Positions 30,542 to 40,576 of a stretch of 64,000 bases of DNA are shown here, piece after piece. The position numbers were made by a program, and so were the translations under genes. Position 1 is the first letter of the stretch, and each line of letters starts with the position of its first letter. The notes beneath the pieces are model-generated. The model ran no database searches, was not told the DNA's origin, and worked only from the letters and a program-made list of their open reading frames with translations. Source of the DNA: an uncultured cyanobacterium (GTDB lineage: Bacteria > Cyanobacteriota > Cyanobacteriia > PCC-6307 > Cyanobiaceae); the NCBI GenBank assembly GCA_963697335.1, contig CAVONQ010000002.1, forward strand, positions 64,001-128,000, read 5' to 3'.

Positions 30542-31561
30542 GTGATCGAAATCGATCGGTTGAGCAAGGCCTACGGCAGCGGCACCTCCAGGGTGGCCGC
30601 CCTCGATGGCCTCAGCCTGAACGTGCCGGCGGGCACGCTCTATGGCTTGCTGGGCCCCAATGGCGCCGGCAAAACCACCGCGCTGCGCATCCTCTGCACC
30701 CTGCTAGCTCCTGACGGGGGCAGCGTCCGGGTGGCCGGCGTGGATGCCCTGCGGGATCCTCGCCAGGTGCGGCGGCTGCTCGGCTATGTGGCCCAGGAGG
30801 TGGCGATCGACAAGATCCTCAGCGGCCGCGAGCTGCTGCAGCTCCAGGGCGACCTCTACCACCTGCAGCCGGCCTTGCGGAACACCCGCATCGCCGAGCT
30901 GGTGGAGCTGCTGGGCATGGGGGACTGGATCGACCGGCGCTGCGGCAGCTATTCCGGTGGCATGCGCCGCCGGCTCGATCTGGCCTGCGGTCTGCTGCAC
31001 GCCCCGCGGGTGCTGGTGCTGGATGAGCCCACCGTGGGTCTTGACATCGAGAGCCGGGCGGCGATCTGGACGGTGCTGCGCCAGCTGCGCGATGGCGGCA
31101 CCACGATTCTGCTCAGCAGTCACTACCTGGAGGAGGTGGATGCCCTGGCGGACCGTCTGGCGATCCTCGAGGCCGGTCGGCTGATCGCCGAGGGCACCCC
31201 ATCGGAGCTCAAGGATGCCCTCGGTGGCGATCGCGTCACCCTGCGGGTGCGGGAGTTCAGCGATGCCGCCGAGGCCAGCCAGGTGCAGGAGCTGTTGAGC
31301 AACTGCCCTGGGGTGCGCCAGGTGGTGGTGAACCGCGCCCAGGGCTATTCCCTCAACCTCGTGGTGGAGCACCAGGGGGTGGTGGAGCAGCTGAGGCACC
31401 AGCTGACCGAGGCCCAACTGCCGGTGTTCGCCCTGGCCCAGAGCCGGCCCAGCCTCGATGATGTGTACCTCCAGGCCACGGGCCGCACATTGATGGATGC
31501 GGAGCTGGCCGTGGCCGGCAGCCGGGATCCGAAGGCCGAACGCAAACAGAGCATGCGCTGA
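30542..31561 (+). CDS. ABC-2 type transporter ATP-binding protein (DrrA-like)
   Basis: [33 protein letters not shown]. Confidence 0.92.
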   Translation: MIEIDRLSKAYGSGTSRVAALDGLSLNVPAGTLYGLLGPNGAGKTTALRILCTLLAPDGGSVRVAGVDALRDPRQVRRLLGYVAQEVAIDKILSGRELLQLQGDLYHLQPALRNTRIAELVELLGMGDWIDRRCGSYSGGMRRRLDLACGLLHAPRVLVLDEPTVGLDIESRAAIWTVLRQLRDGGTTILLSSHYLEEVDALADRLAILEAGRLIAEGTPSELKDALGGDRVTLRVREFSDAAEASQVQELLSNCPGVRQVVVNRAQGYSLNLVVEHQGVVEQLRHQLTEAQLPVFALAQSRPSLDDVYLQATGRTLMDAELAVAGSRDPKAERKQSMR

Positions 31562-31564
31562 TCC

Positions 31565-32470
31565 GTGATGACCACCACTTCTTCTGCCGCTTCTTCCGGC
31601 GCCGCTTCCCTGTCCAGCACGGGCTCCCCGCCATCGCCGTTGCCCCTCGCCCCGGAGGCCTCCGCCCTGGCCGAGATCAGCCAGGAAACCCTGGCGCTCA
31701 CCAAGCGCCTGTTCCTGCAGCTGCAGCGCCGTCCCTCCACCCTGATCGCCGGAGTGTTGCAGCCCCTGATCTGGCTGATTCTGTTCGGGGCTCTGTTTGC
31801 CAAGGCCCCCGCCGGCCTGCTGCCGGGTGGCATGAGCTACGGCCGCTTCCTGGGGGCCGGGGTGATCGTGTTCACCGCCTTCAGCGGCGCCCTCAACGCC
31901 GGTCTGCCGGTGATGTTCGATCGGGAGTTCGGCTTCCTCAATCGGCTGCTGGTGGCTCCGCTGCGGGCCCGCAGTTCGATCGTGCTGGCCTCGGTGCTGT
32001 TCATCATCGCCCTGAGCCTGGTGCAGAGCCTGGCGATCATGGCGGCCGCTGCCCTGCTGGGCTACGGCTGGCCTGGCGGCGGTGGCCTGCTGCTCGTACT
32101 GGTCACCCTGCTGCTGCTGGTGTTCGCCGTCACAGCCCTCAGCCTGGGGCTGGCCTTCGCCCTGCCGGGTCACATCGAGCTGATCGCGGTGATCTTCGTG
32201 GCCAACCTGCCGCTGCTGTTCGCCAGCACCGCCCTGGCTCCGATTTCCTTCATGCCGGCCTGGTTGGGCTGGCTTGCGGCCCTGAATCCCCTTACCTTCG
32301 CGATTGAACCGATCCGCGCGGCCTACGCCGGCCACTTCTCCCTCACGGCCGTCGTGCTGGAAGCCCCCTACGGAGACCTCACCGCCGGCACCTGCCTGGC
32401 CGTGCTGGCCCTCCTGGCCTCCGGACTGTTCGCCCTGATCCGGCCCCTGCTGGATCGCAAGCTCACCTGA
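31565..32470 (+). CDS. ABC-2 type transporter permease
   Basis: DREFGFL, FASTAL.P, NPLTFA. Confidence 0.9.
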   Translation: MMTTTSSAASSGAASLSSTGSPPSPLPLAPEASALAEISQETLALTKRLFLQLQRRPSTLIAGVLQPLIWLILFGALFAKAPAGLLPGGMSYGRFLGAGVIVFTAFSGALNAGLPVMFDREFGFLNRLLVAPLRARSSIVLASVLFIIALSLVQSLAIMAAAALLGYGWPGGGGLLLVLVTLLLLVFAVTALSLGLAFALPGHIELIAVIFVANLPLLFASTALAPISFMPAWLGWLAALNPLTFAIEPIRAAYAGHFSLTAVVLEAPYGDLTAGTCLAVLALLASGLFALIRPLLDRKLT

Positions 32471-32482
32471 TTCCCGGTCCCC

Positions 32483-33349
32483 GTGCCCCGTTCTCCCCGC
32501 TTCCCCGCCCCGGACCGTCCTGATCCGGAGGCGAGGCTCCTGGCTGCCGCGGCGGAGCGCGACAGCCAGCTGGCAAGCCGCCTGGCTGAGCAGTTCGTGC
32601 ACCGCCGCGGCGTGGCCGCCCTCGAGAACCTGCTGCTGCGCAAGCTTGAACCCACCCAGGGCGCCGAGGCCTGCAGCTGGCTCGCCACCCTGGTGGGGGT
32701 GGACACTCCGTGCAGGCCTGCGGCGGCGGTTGCAGCCCAGGGCCCAGCAGCGACGGTTGTGGTCGAGACGCCAGTGACGCCGGTCGTGCCCGAGTTGTCG
32801 GCCGCTGATCCCTGGGCACCGGTCGATGTTGGTCTGGACTGGGGCATCGGCAGCTCCAGCGCTGCTGACAGCTCTGCAGAGGACGGGGGCTCCACGGGCG
32901 TGGCGGTGGAGTCTGGAGCGGCTCTGATCGCTTCCTGGCTGCAGGATCTGGGCCGAGAGCAGGCTGACCTGGACCAGCTTGCCGAGGCGTGGAAGCCGGG
33001 TGAGTCGGAGGTGGCTGAACCGCAGACGGCTGCACTTGAACTCCAGCAGTCCGAGCTGATGGTGTTCGGTGGGGGCAGCTCCCCTGCTGCGGTGCCGTCC
33101 AACTCAACTCCTCTCACTCTCGTCGAGGATCAGCGGGAGCCGATGGCCCAGGCCGCGCCCCAGGCGCCACCACTGAACCCCCCGCTGCCAGCCCAGCAGC
33201 CAGATCCTGACCCCCTGCTGCGCCGCCTCCAGGCGGTGGCCACCCCCAACGGCCAGGACCCGAGAACGGCCCAGCTGGCACCGGTGCCGGCCTCGCTGGC
33301 ACGACTGCGGTCCTGGCTCCATGACGACCAGCTGCCGGAGGCGAGCTGA
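32483..33349 (+). CDS. Hypothetical protein, acidic and low complexity
   Basis: 288-aa ORF that fills the gap and abuts nanE. N-terminal EQFVHRRG and C-terminal LARLRSWL segments. Confidence 0.6.
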   Translation: MPRSPRFPAPDRPDPEARLLAAAAERDSQLASRLAEQFVHRRGVAALENLLLRKLEPTQGAEACSWLATLVGVDTPCRPAAAVAAQGPAATVVVETPVTPVVPELSAADPWAPVDVGLDWGIGSSSAADSSAEDGGSTGVAVESGAALIASWLQDLGREQADLDQLAEAWKPGESEVAEPQTAALELQQSELMVFGGGSSPAAVPSNSTPLTLVEDQREPMAQAAPQAPPLNPPLPAQQPDPDPLLRRLQAVATPNGQDPRTAQLAPVPASLARLRSWLHDDQLPEAS

Positions 33350-33351
33350 CC

Positions 33352-34038
33352 ATGGCCACGGCGCCATGGCCCAGGGGGCTGATCGTGTCGGTGCAGGCCC
33401 CCGAGGGATCGCCGCTGCGCCACCCCGAGGTAATTGCCGCCATGGCCGAGGCCAGCCTCAACCAGGGCGCCAGTGGCGTGCGGCTGGAGAGTCCTGAGCA
33501 CATCGGTGCGGTGCGTCGCCGCTGCCCGGAGGCCCTGATCGTCGGGCTCTGGAAGCGCACTTACCCAGGCAGCGCGGTGTACATCACCCCGACCTGGACT
33601 GACATCCAGGCCGTCTGGGCTGCTGGGGCCGATGTGGTGGCCCTCGATGCCACGAGCCGTCCGCGGCCCCGGGGCGAAGATCTGGCGGAGCTGATCCAGC
33701 GGGCCGCCCAGGAGCTGGGGGCGCCCCTGATGGCTGATGTGGATTCCGTGGCCCAGGGCCTGCGGGCCGCCGAACTGGGCTGCAGCTGGGTGGGTACCAC
33801 CCTGTTTGGCTACACCGAGGACACCGCGGCCCTGCCGCCGCCGGCCTGGGAGCTGCTGGAGCCCCTGCGGGCCTCACTGCCCGCTGAGGTCGCCCTGATC
33901 TGCGAGGGGGGGATCCATTCGGCGCTCCAGGCCCGAGAGGCGCTGGAGCGGGGAGCCGATGCCGTGGTGGTGGGCACGGCGATTACGGGCGTGGATCTGC
34001 AGGTGGCGGCCTACGTGAAGGGGCTGGTTCAGCCCTGA
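33352..34038 (+). CDS. nanE: N-acetylmannosamine-6-phosphate 2-epimerase
   Basis: GLIVSVQA, VYITPT, GTTLFGYT, ICEGG, VVVGTAIT. Confidence 0.92.
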   Translation: MATAPWPRGLIVSVQAPEGSPLRHPEVIAAMAEASLNQGASGVRLESPEHIGAVRRRCPEALIVGLWKRTYPGSAVYITPTWTDIQAVWAAGADVVALDATSRPRPRGEDLAELIQRAAQELGAPLMADVDSVAQGLRAAELGCSWVGTTLFGYTEDTAALPPPAWELLEPLRASLPAEVALICEGGIHSALQAREALERGADAVVVGTAITGVDLQVAAYVKGLVQP

Positions 34039-34073
34039 GGGCGCCGCCTCAAGCCTGCGGAGGCTGAACCAGC
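34023..34073. repeat. 12-bp inverted repeat at the convergent nanE/groEL junction (possible terminator or stability hairpin)
   Basis: GCTGGTTCAGCC (34023-34034) and GGCTGAACCAGC (34062-34073). Confidence 0.5.
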
Positions 34074-34083
34074 GCCCCCGGGC

Positions 34084-35751
34084 TCACATCATGCCGGGCA
34101 TGCCCATGCCGCCCATGCCTCCCATGCCACCCATACCTCCCATGCCGCCCATGTCGTCGCCGGGGCCGGCGGCCGCGGGCGGTTCGGGCTTGTCGGCGAT
34201 CACGGCCTCGGTGGTGATCAGCAGGGCCGCGATCGACACGGCGTCCTGCAGCGCCAGCCTGGTGACCTTGGCGGCATCGAGGATGCCGGCGGCCAGCAGG
34301 TCTTCGTACTCACCGCTGAAGGCGTTGTAGCCCTTGCCGCTGCGCAGGATTTCGGCGCTCACCACGGAGCCGTCGATGCCCGCGTTCGCGGCGATCTGGC
34401 GCACCGGTTCGCCCAGGGCCCGCTTGACGATCTCCACCCCCGTGCGCTCATCGCCCTCACAACGGCCGGCGAGATCGGAGAGGGTTTCAGCCAGCTCCAG
34501 CAGGGTGGTGCCGCCACCGGCCACGATGCCCTCCTCGACGGCGGCCCGGGTGGCATTGAGGGCGTCTTCGATGCGCAGCTTGCGGTTGCGCAGCTCGGTT
34601 TCGGTGGGTGCCCCCACCTTGATCACGGCCACACCGCCGGCCAGCTTGGCGATCCGCTCCTGCAGCTTCTCGCGGTCGTAGTCGGAGTCGGTGGCGGCGA
34701 GCTGGCGGCGGATCGAGGCGATGCGGTCGGCCACGGCGGCCTGGTGCTCCTCGCTGGCCACGATCGTGGTGCTGTCCTTGGTGATGGTGATGCGGCGGGC
34801 CTGGCCCAGGTCGGCCAGGGTGGCCTTCTCCAGGGTCATGGCCTGGTCTTCGCTGATCACCGTGGCTCCGGTGAGGGTGGCGATGTCCTGCAGGTAGGCC
34901 TTGCGGCGGTCCCCGAAGGAGGGAGCACGCACGGCGGCCACCTGGAGCACGCCGCGGTTCTTGTTCACCACCAGAGTGGCCAGGGCCTCTCCCTCCACCT
35001 CCTCAGCCAGGATCAGCAGCGGCCGGCCGCTTTTGGACACGGCCTCCAACACCGGAACCAGATCGGCGATGCTGCTGATCTTGCGATCGGTGATCAGGAT
35101 CAGAGCGCCTTCGAACACGCACTCCCGCCGTTCCGGATCGGTCACGAAATAGGGGGAGCTGTAGCCGCGGTCAAAGGCCATGCCTTCGGTGATCTCGAGC
35201 TCCGTGGCCAGCGAGTTGGATTCCTCCACGGTGATCACGCCGTCGACGCTCACCTTGTCCATCGCCTGGGCGATCATGGCGCCGATCTCGTCGTCGTTGC
35301 CGGCGCTGACGCTGGCCACCTGGCGGATCGCGTCGCCCTCCACGGGCTGGGCCCGCTCGGCGATGCCCTCCACCACGAGGGCGGCGGCCCGCTCCATGCC
35401 GCGCCGCAGGTTCACGGGGCTGGCGCCGGCGGCCACGTTGCGCATGCCCTCCCGCACCAGCGCCTGGGCCAGCACCGTGGCGGTGGTGGTGCCGTCACCG
35501 GCCTCGTCCTTGGTCTTGCTCGCCACCTGCTGCATCAGCTTGGCGCCGAGGTTTTCGAAGGGATCCTCCAGTTCGATCTCCTTGGCAATCGTCACGCCGT
35601 CGTTGACGATGTCGGGGGCACCGAACTTCTTCTCCAGCACCACGTTGCGCCCCTTCGGACCGATGGTCACCCGAACGGCATCGGCGAGGGCGTTGACGCC
35701 CCGTTCAAGGGCGGCGCGGGAGGCGTCGGAAAAGCTGACCAGTTTGGTCAT
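34084..35751 (-). CDS. groEL: Chaperonin GroEL, stand-alone copy (groEL2-like)
   Basis: [22 protein letters not shown]-repeat tail. No adjacent groES. Confidence 0.96.
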   Translation of the reverse strand: MTKLVSFSDASRAALERGVNALADAVRVTIGPKGRNVVLEKKFGAPDIVNDGVTIAKEIELEDPFENLGAKLMQQVASKTKDEAGDGTTTATVLAQALVREGMRNVAAGASPVNLRRGMERAAALVVEGIAERAQPVEGDAIRQVASVSAGNDDEIGAMIAQAMDKVSVDGVITVEESNSLATELEITEGMAFDRGYSSPYFVTDPERRECVFEGALILITDRKISSIADLVPVLEAVSKSGRPLLILAEEVEGEALATLVVNKNRGVLQVAAVRAPSFGDRRKAYLQDIATLTGATVISEDQAMTLEKATLADLGQARRITITKDSTTIVASEEHQAAVADRIASIRRQLAATDSDYDREKLQERIAKLAGGVAVIKVGAPTETELRNRKLRIEDALNATRAAVEEGIVAGGGTTLLELAETLSDLAGRCEGDERTGVEIVKRALGEPVRQIAANAGIDGSVVSAEILRSGKGYNAFSGEYEDLLAAGILDAAKVTRLALQDAVSIAALLITTEAVIADKPEPPAAAGPGDDMGGMGGMGGMGGMGGMGMPGMM

Positions 35752-35859
35752 CGGCTCAATTGATTTCCAGTGCTTCAGATTCCCATGCGGCCTGGGCCGT
35801 GGTCTGGTGGGGAAAGCCGAATGGGCCGCTGGCCTGCCCTGGTGGACCGATAAGGTCGA

Positions 35860-36129
35860 ATGACGGGGGCTTGGAGCCACACAGACGTCTTGGAAGAGTT
35901 GCTTCAGAGCGCCCTTGACACGGCTTCAGCCGAAGCCCTGCCCCTGAGCACCGGCAGCAGCGCCAACGCCATGGTGTTCGTGCTGGTCACGGCCCTCGGC
36001 CTGCTGATGGCCCTCATCTATGTTCCCCTGCGGGTTTACCTCACGCTCACGGCGCGCAGCCGGCGACTGCGGCTGCTGCTGCGGATCCGCAGGCTGCGGG
36101 AGGAGTTGGGCCAGCCGATCGGCAGCTAG
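35860..36129 (+). CDS. Small hypothetical membrane protein
   Basis: One TM segment and a basic tail LTARSRR...[10 protein letters not shown]. The true start may be the ATG at 35971. Confidence 0.6.
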   Translation: MTGAWSHTDVLEELLQSALDTASAEALPLSTGSSANAMVFVLVTALGLLMALIYVPLRVYLTLTARSRRLRLLLRIRRLREELGQPIGS

Positions 36130-36146
36130 GTCCGGCGGATCCCCCC

Positions 36147-36899
36147 TCAGCGCATCACCATGCCGCCATCCACCTGCAGCACCTGGCCGGTCATGTAGGC
36201 GGCACTGGCATCGGCGGCCAGGAAGCGCACCGCCCCGGCCACCTCGGCGGCGGTGCCCATGCGGCCCAGGGGAATGGCCTTGAGGATCGGCTCCTTGTCG
36301 AGGCTGGCGGTCATGTCGCTCTCGATGAAGCCGGGGGCCACGGCATTCACGGTGACGCCGCGGGCGGCGAATTCGGCCGCGTTGCTGCGGGTGAGGCCGA
36401 TCACCCCCGCCTTGGCGGCGCTGTAGTTGGCCTGGCCGGCATTGCCGAACAGCCCCACCACCGAGGTGATGTTGATGATGCGGCCGCTCCGGGCCTTCAG
36501 CATCGGCCGGCTGACGGCCCTGGTGCAGAGGAACACCCCGGTGAGGTTGAGGTCGATCACGCTCTGCCAGTCAGCAGTTTTCATGCGCATCAGCAGTCCA
36601 TCGCGGGTGATGCCGGCGTTGTTGACCAGTACGTCGAGACGGCCCTCGCGCTCCAGCACGGCCTTCACCATCGCCTCCACTTCGGCCTCCTCGGCCACGT
36701 TGGCCCGGTGGGCCCAGGCCTTGCCGCCGGCGGCCTCGATGGCGCCCACCACCGCGGCCGCGGCCTCTGCGGAGCTGGCGTAGTTCACCACCACGGTGGC
36801 GCCGCAGGCCGCCAGCTCAGCGGCGATCGCCGCGCCGATGCCCCGGCTGGCGCCGGTGACCAGGGCGACCTGACCGGTGAGGGGAGCGGCGACGGCCAT
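36147..36899 (-). CDS. fabG: 3-oxoacyl-ACP reductase
   Basis: [28 protein letters not shown]. Confidence 0.93.
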   Translation of the reverse strand: MAVAAPLTGQVALVTGASRGIGAAIAAELAACGATVVVNYASSAEAAAAVVGAIEAAGGKAWAHRANVAEEAEVEAMVKAVLEREGRLDVLVNNAGITRDGLLMRMKTADWQSVIDLNLTGVFLCTRAVSRPMLKARSGRIINITSVVGLFGNAGQANYSAAKAGVIGLTRSNAAEFAARGVTVNAVAPGFIESDMTASLDKEPILKAIPLGRMGTAAEVAGAVRFLAADASAAYMTGQVLQVDGGMVMR

Positions 36900-36978
36900 C
36901 GAGGGGGGAGGCGGGAATGGCGCCGATCGTATGGCGAGGCCCCCCAGCCGGGGATGGCCTGCTGGAGGCCGCGGCGCT

Positions 36979-37812
36979 TCAGCCGAGCCCCAGCGCGGCC
37001 AGCACATCGCCGCTGCCGAGCTGCTGCAGCGCCCCCGGGGCGCCCAGCCCCTGCACCCCCTCGCGCTGGGGGAGTTCTGCGGCGGCCCGGCCGAGGGCCA
37101 CCACGGGCAGGCTGAGCATCAGGGCCAGCTCCACGCTGGCTGGATCGCTGGCCAGCACCACATCGGCGCAGGCCAGCTGGGCGGCCCGCTGGCTCCAGGA
37201 GCCTGCAGCGGCGCTGGCGCTGCGCGCGCCGGGCAGCTTGGCGGCGATCAGGGCGGGCAGCTCCTGCCAGCGTTCGGACGGCCAGTCGCCAGCCCCCCCC
37301 GCCGGGGCCTGCAGCAGCAATGGCCCATCGCCGGCGGGCAGGGCGGCGGCGGCGTTCTGCAGATCGGCCGGCGGGATCGGCAGGCGGAAGGCCTCGGCAT
37401 CCAGGCTCAGCCCCAGGGGCCGCAGCCAGGCCTCCCAGGACTGGGCGGGCCATCCTCCCTCGGGCGCCTGCACCAGCGCGGTGGCCGAGAACCCCTGGCT
37501 GGCCACCCGGGTGGGGATGTGGCTCATCGACAGCATCAGGTCCATGGCCCGACTGGGGGCGCGGTTGATGCAGAGCTGGAAGTCCGGCTCCCGCACCGAG
37601 CCGAGCAGGTTGGCCCAGTCGGCCAGGGTGGGATTGGCGAAGCTGAAGGGCATGGCGCGGCTGACGCCGGGATGCAGGCGCCAGAGACCAACCGCTTCGG
37701 CGGGGCAGACCACCTGCACCACCGCCTTGAGCTGGTCCGCCACGGCGGCCACGGCGGCAAAGGCCTGGAGCTGACGGCTGCTGTCGCCCGGGATCAGAAA
37801 CAGGGCGCGCAT
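36979..37812 (-). CDS. Glycosyltransferase family 9-like protein
   Basis: [34 protein letters not shown]. Confidence 0.7.
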   Translation of the reverse strand: MRALFLIPGDSSRQLQAFAAVAAVADQLKAVVQVVCPAEAVGLWRLHPGVSRAMPFSFANPTLADWANLLGSVREPDFQLCINRAPSRAMDLMLSMSHIPTRVASQGFSATALVQAPEGGWPAQSWEAWLRPLGLSLDAEAFRLPIPPADLQNAAAALPAGDGPLLLQAPAGGAGDWPSERWQELPALIAAKLPGARSASAAAGSWSQRAAQLACADVVLASDPASVELALMLSLPVVALGRAAAELPQREGVQGLGAPGALQQLGSGDVLAALGLG

Positions 37813-37865
37813 CGAGGGGCAGCCACGGCGGACTGATTGTATGGAGCGGTTCCGGACGCGCCTGG

Positions 37866-38576
37866 TTGCGGGAGACGCCTGTGCATCTGTTGATTGCCGC
37901 CGCCGGCAGTGGCCGCCGCATGGGCGCCGCCGGCAACAAGCTGCTGCTGGAGGTGGCCGGGCGGCCTGTGCTGGCCTGGACCCTCGACGCCGCCCTGGCC
38001 TGCGCGGCGATCCACTGGATCGGCATCGTGGGCCAGGCGGTGGATGCCGGAGCGGTGGCGGCGATCATCGAAGCCGCCAGGCCCGATCGCCCGGTGCAGT
38101 GGATCCTGGGGGGCGACACCCGTCAGGAGTCGGTGAGCCGCGGCCTGGAGTCCCTGCCTGCCGAGGCCAGGGGCGTGCTGATCCACGATGGCGCCCGCTG
38201 TCTGGTGGAGCCGGACCTGCTGGCGCGCTGCGCCGCAGCGGTGGAGCAGGGCCTGGCCGTGATCGCCGCCACGCCGGTGACCGACACGATCAAGCAGGTG
38301 GACACCGCCGGGGCAATCCTGGGTAGCCCCGATCGGACCGGACTCTGGGCGGCCCAGACCCCCCAGGGCTTCCCGGTGGACCAGTTGCGTTCGGCCCATG
38401 CCCGCGCCCGGCGCGAAGGCTGGAGCGTCACCGATGATGCGTCCCTGTTCGAGCGGCTCGGCCTGCCGGTGCAGGTGTTGGAAGCCCCCGCCTCCAACAT
38501 CAAGCTCACCACGCCCTTTGACCTCACGGTGGCGGCGGCCCTGCTGGCCTCCGAGTGGGCTGGGTCGTCCGGTTGA
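37866..38576 (+). CDS. ispD: 2-C-methyl-D-erythritol 4-phosphate cytidylyltransferase
   Basis: [38 protein letters not shown]. Confidence 0.95.
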   Translation: MRETPVHLLIAAAGSGRRMGAAGNKLLLEVAGRPVLAWTLDAALACAAIHWIGIVGQAVDAGAVAAIIEAARPDRPVQWILGGDTRQESVSRGLESLPAEARGVLIHDGARCLVEPDLLARCAAAVEQGLAVIAATPVTDTIKQVDTAGAILGSPDRTGLWAAQTPQGFPVDQLRSAHARARREGWSVTDDASLFERLGLPVQVLEAPASNIKLTTPFDLTVAAALLASEWAGSSG

Positions 38577-38578
38577 CC

Positions 38579-39520
38579 TCAAGCCCCAGGGGCGGGCCGC
38601 AGCTGAAGGCGGCCAGCCTCAGCATCCAGCCGAGCCCAGGCGCCCAGGGGCAGGGCCCCATTGCCGGCTTCGTGGCCCACCGGCAGCTCGGCAAGCACCG
38701 GAATGCCCAGATCCCCGGTGCGATCGTGCAGCACCTGCTCCAGGCTGAACCGCGCCGCCATCTCGATGGGATCGGCTAGGGACTCCCCTGAGGGCTTGTC
38801 GTCGCAGCCGCTGAACTGGCCCAGGCCGATGCCGGCCAACTGACCCAGGGCGCCACTCAACCGCCAGTGGGTGAGCATCCGATCGATCCGGTACGGGGCC
38901 TCACCCACGTCCTCGATCACCAGGATGGCGCCGCGCAGGTCGGGCAGGTGGGGAGTGCCCAGCAGGTGCGTGGCCACGGTGAGATTGGCCACCAGCAGGG
39001 GGCCTTCGGCCACGCCCGCCCGCCACGGGGTGCCCGGCAGGTCGGCCACCGGTTCGCCGAACAGCAGCGCCCGCAGCCGCTCCTGGCTCCAGGCGGGTTC
39101 CGCCGCCAGGGTGGTGAGCAGGGGGCCGTGCACGCCGCCGCCGCGGCCCTGGGCCAGCTGGGCCCAGAGCAGGGCCGTCACGTCACTGAATCCCAGCAGC
39201 CAGCGGCAGGGGAGCGGTAGGGGCTGCTCCAGCAGGCGGGCCGCCCCCCAGCCCCCGCGCAGGCAGGCCAGCAGCTCGGCCCCTACCCGTTCGGCCCGCA
39301 TCAGATCGTCGTGGCGGTCGGCGTCGCTGCCGGCCAGGTAGCCCCAGCGCCGCTCGTGCAGGGCACGGCGCTCCACCTCCAGCCCCCAGCCCTCGAGCAC
39401 GGTGATGCCCGCCTCCAGCCGCTCCAGGCTCTCGGGGGCGACGAGGGCGGAGCTGGCCGCCACCAGGGCCACCCTGGATCCAGGGCGCAGGGGCGGCGGC
39501 TGGCTGGGTGTTCCCTTCAC
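38579..39520 (-). CDS. LD-carboxypeptidase (S66)
   Basis: RGGWG, GFSDVT, EDVGE, GH. GTG start overlaps the prenyltransferase stop. Confidence 0.9.
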   Translation of the reverse strand: MKGTPSQPPPLRPGSRVALVAASSALVAPESLERLEAGITVLEGWGLEVERRALHERRWGYLAGSDADRHDDLMRAERVGAELLACLRGGWGAARLLEQPLPLPCRWLLGFSDVTALLWAQLAQGRGGGVHGPLLTTLAAEPAWSQERLRALLFGEPVADLPGTPWRAGVAEGPLLVANLTVATHLLGTPHLPDLRGAILVIEDVGEAPYRIDRMLTHWRLSGALGQLAGIGLGQFSGCDDKPSGESLADPIEMAARFSLEQVLHDRTGDLGIPVLAELPVGHEAGNGALPLGAWARLDAEAGRLQLRPAPGA

Positions 39521-40413
39521 GCCAGCCGCCCCAGCACCAGGGCCAGCCACCAGAGTCCGCCCAGCCACACCTGCTGGCGGAAATGGCGCCCAAAGGCTCC
39601 CCGGGACTGGCCCGGTCGTTGCAGCAGCACCCCGGCCCGCACCATGCCGAAGCTGGCGCCGGCGGCCAGCCCCCAGCCGAGCAGGTTGAGGGTGTTCCCC
39701 GTTGCCGCCAGGCTCGAAGCCGCCGCGGTCAGGCAGAGAGCCGCGCCGGCGTAGCAGAAGGTCACCGCCAGCGGCGCCTGGCGCCCCAGGCTCAGGGCGC
39801 TGCTGCGCACGCCGATCGCCCGGTCGTCCTCCTGGTCGGCCATGGCGTACACCGTGTCGAAGCCGAAGGTCCACAGCAGCGTGGCCAGCCAGACCAGGGC
39901 CAGCGGCCAGCCACCGGCCAGGCTGCCCGTGGCGGCGGCCCAGGGGATCAGCACGGCGAAGCCCCAGCAGAGGGCCAGCACCAGCTGGGGGTAGCCGAAC
40001 CAGCGCTTGGCCGAGGGGTACAGCAGCACCAGCGGCAGGGTGGCGAGGGCCAGCAACAGGCAGAGGCCCCTGCTGGCGGCGGGCAGGCCCCACAGCACCA
40101 CTGCCAGGGCGAGGGACAGACAGACGGCCAGCAGCACCAGGGCCGTGCCTACCCCCACCCGGCCGGAGGCCAGCGGACGCTGGCGGGTGCGTTCCACCTG
40201 GGGATCGATGCGGCGATCCCAGAGGTCGTTGGCGATGCAGCCGGCCCCACTCACGGCCAGGCCTCCCACGGCCAGAGCCAGCAGCAGGGAGACCGGCGGC
40301 GGGGCTGTGGGCAGCAGCCACAGGCTCCAGCCCGCCGGGATCAGCAGGATCAGGCGGCCGCTCGGCTTGTCCCAGCGCAGCAGCTCCAGCCAGGCGCCCA
40401 GGTCGGCACCCAT
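39517..40413 (-). CDS. ubiA: 4-hydroxybenzoate polyprenyl(solanesyl)transferase
   Basis: RWDKPSG, NDLWDRRID..VERT..RPLASG, DTVYAMAD. Confidence 0.9.
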   Translation of the reverse strand: MGADLGAWLELLRWDKPSGRLILLIPAGWSLWLLPTAPPPVSLLLALAVGGLAVSGAGCIANDLWDRRIDPQVERTRQRPLASGRVGVGTALVLLAVCLSLALAVVLWGLPAASRGLCLLLALATLPLVLLYPSAKRWFGYPQLVLALCWGFAVLIPWAAATGSLAGGWPLALVWLATLLWTFGFDTVYAMADQEDDRAIGVRSSALSLGRQAPLAVTFCYAGAALCLTAAASSLAATGNTLNLLGWGLAAGASFGMVRAGVLLQRPGQSRGAFGRHFRQQVWLGGLWWLALVLGRLA

Positions 40414-40576
40414 CGCCGCGGAGCTTCCCGCCGGGTCGCCCTCCTCGCCCACCGCCGAGCCTGCCATGCGCCTCCCTTGCCGATGCAACCGTCTCCAGTC
40501 GCGAACGCTAGGCGTCCGGGGCCAGACGCCCCGTGGTCAGTGGCAAACTGGCGGCGCCCTGGCTGCCCCCGGTTCG

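Noticed and set aside
34084..34152. Tandem 9-bp repeats at the groEL 3' end
   Set aside because: They encode the ordinary GGM tail of GroEL.
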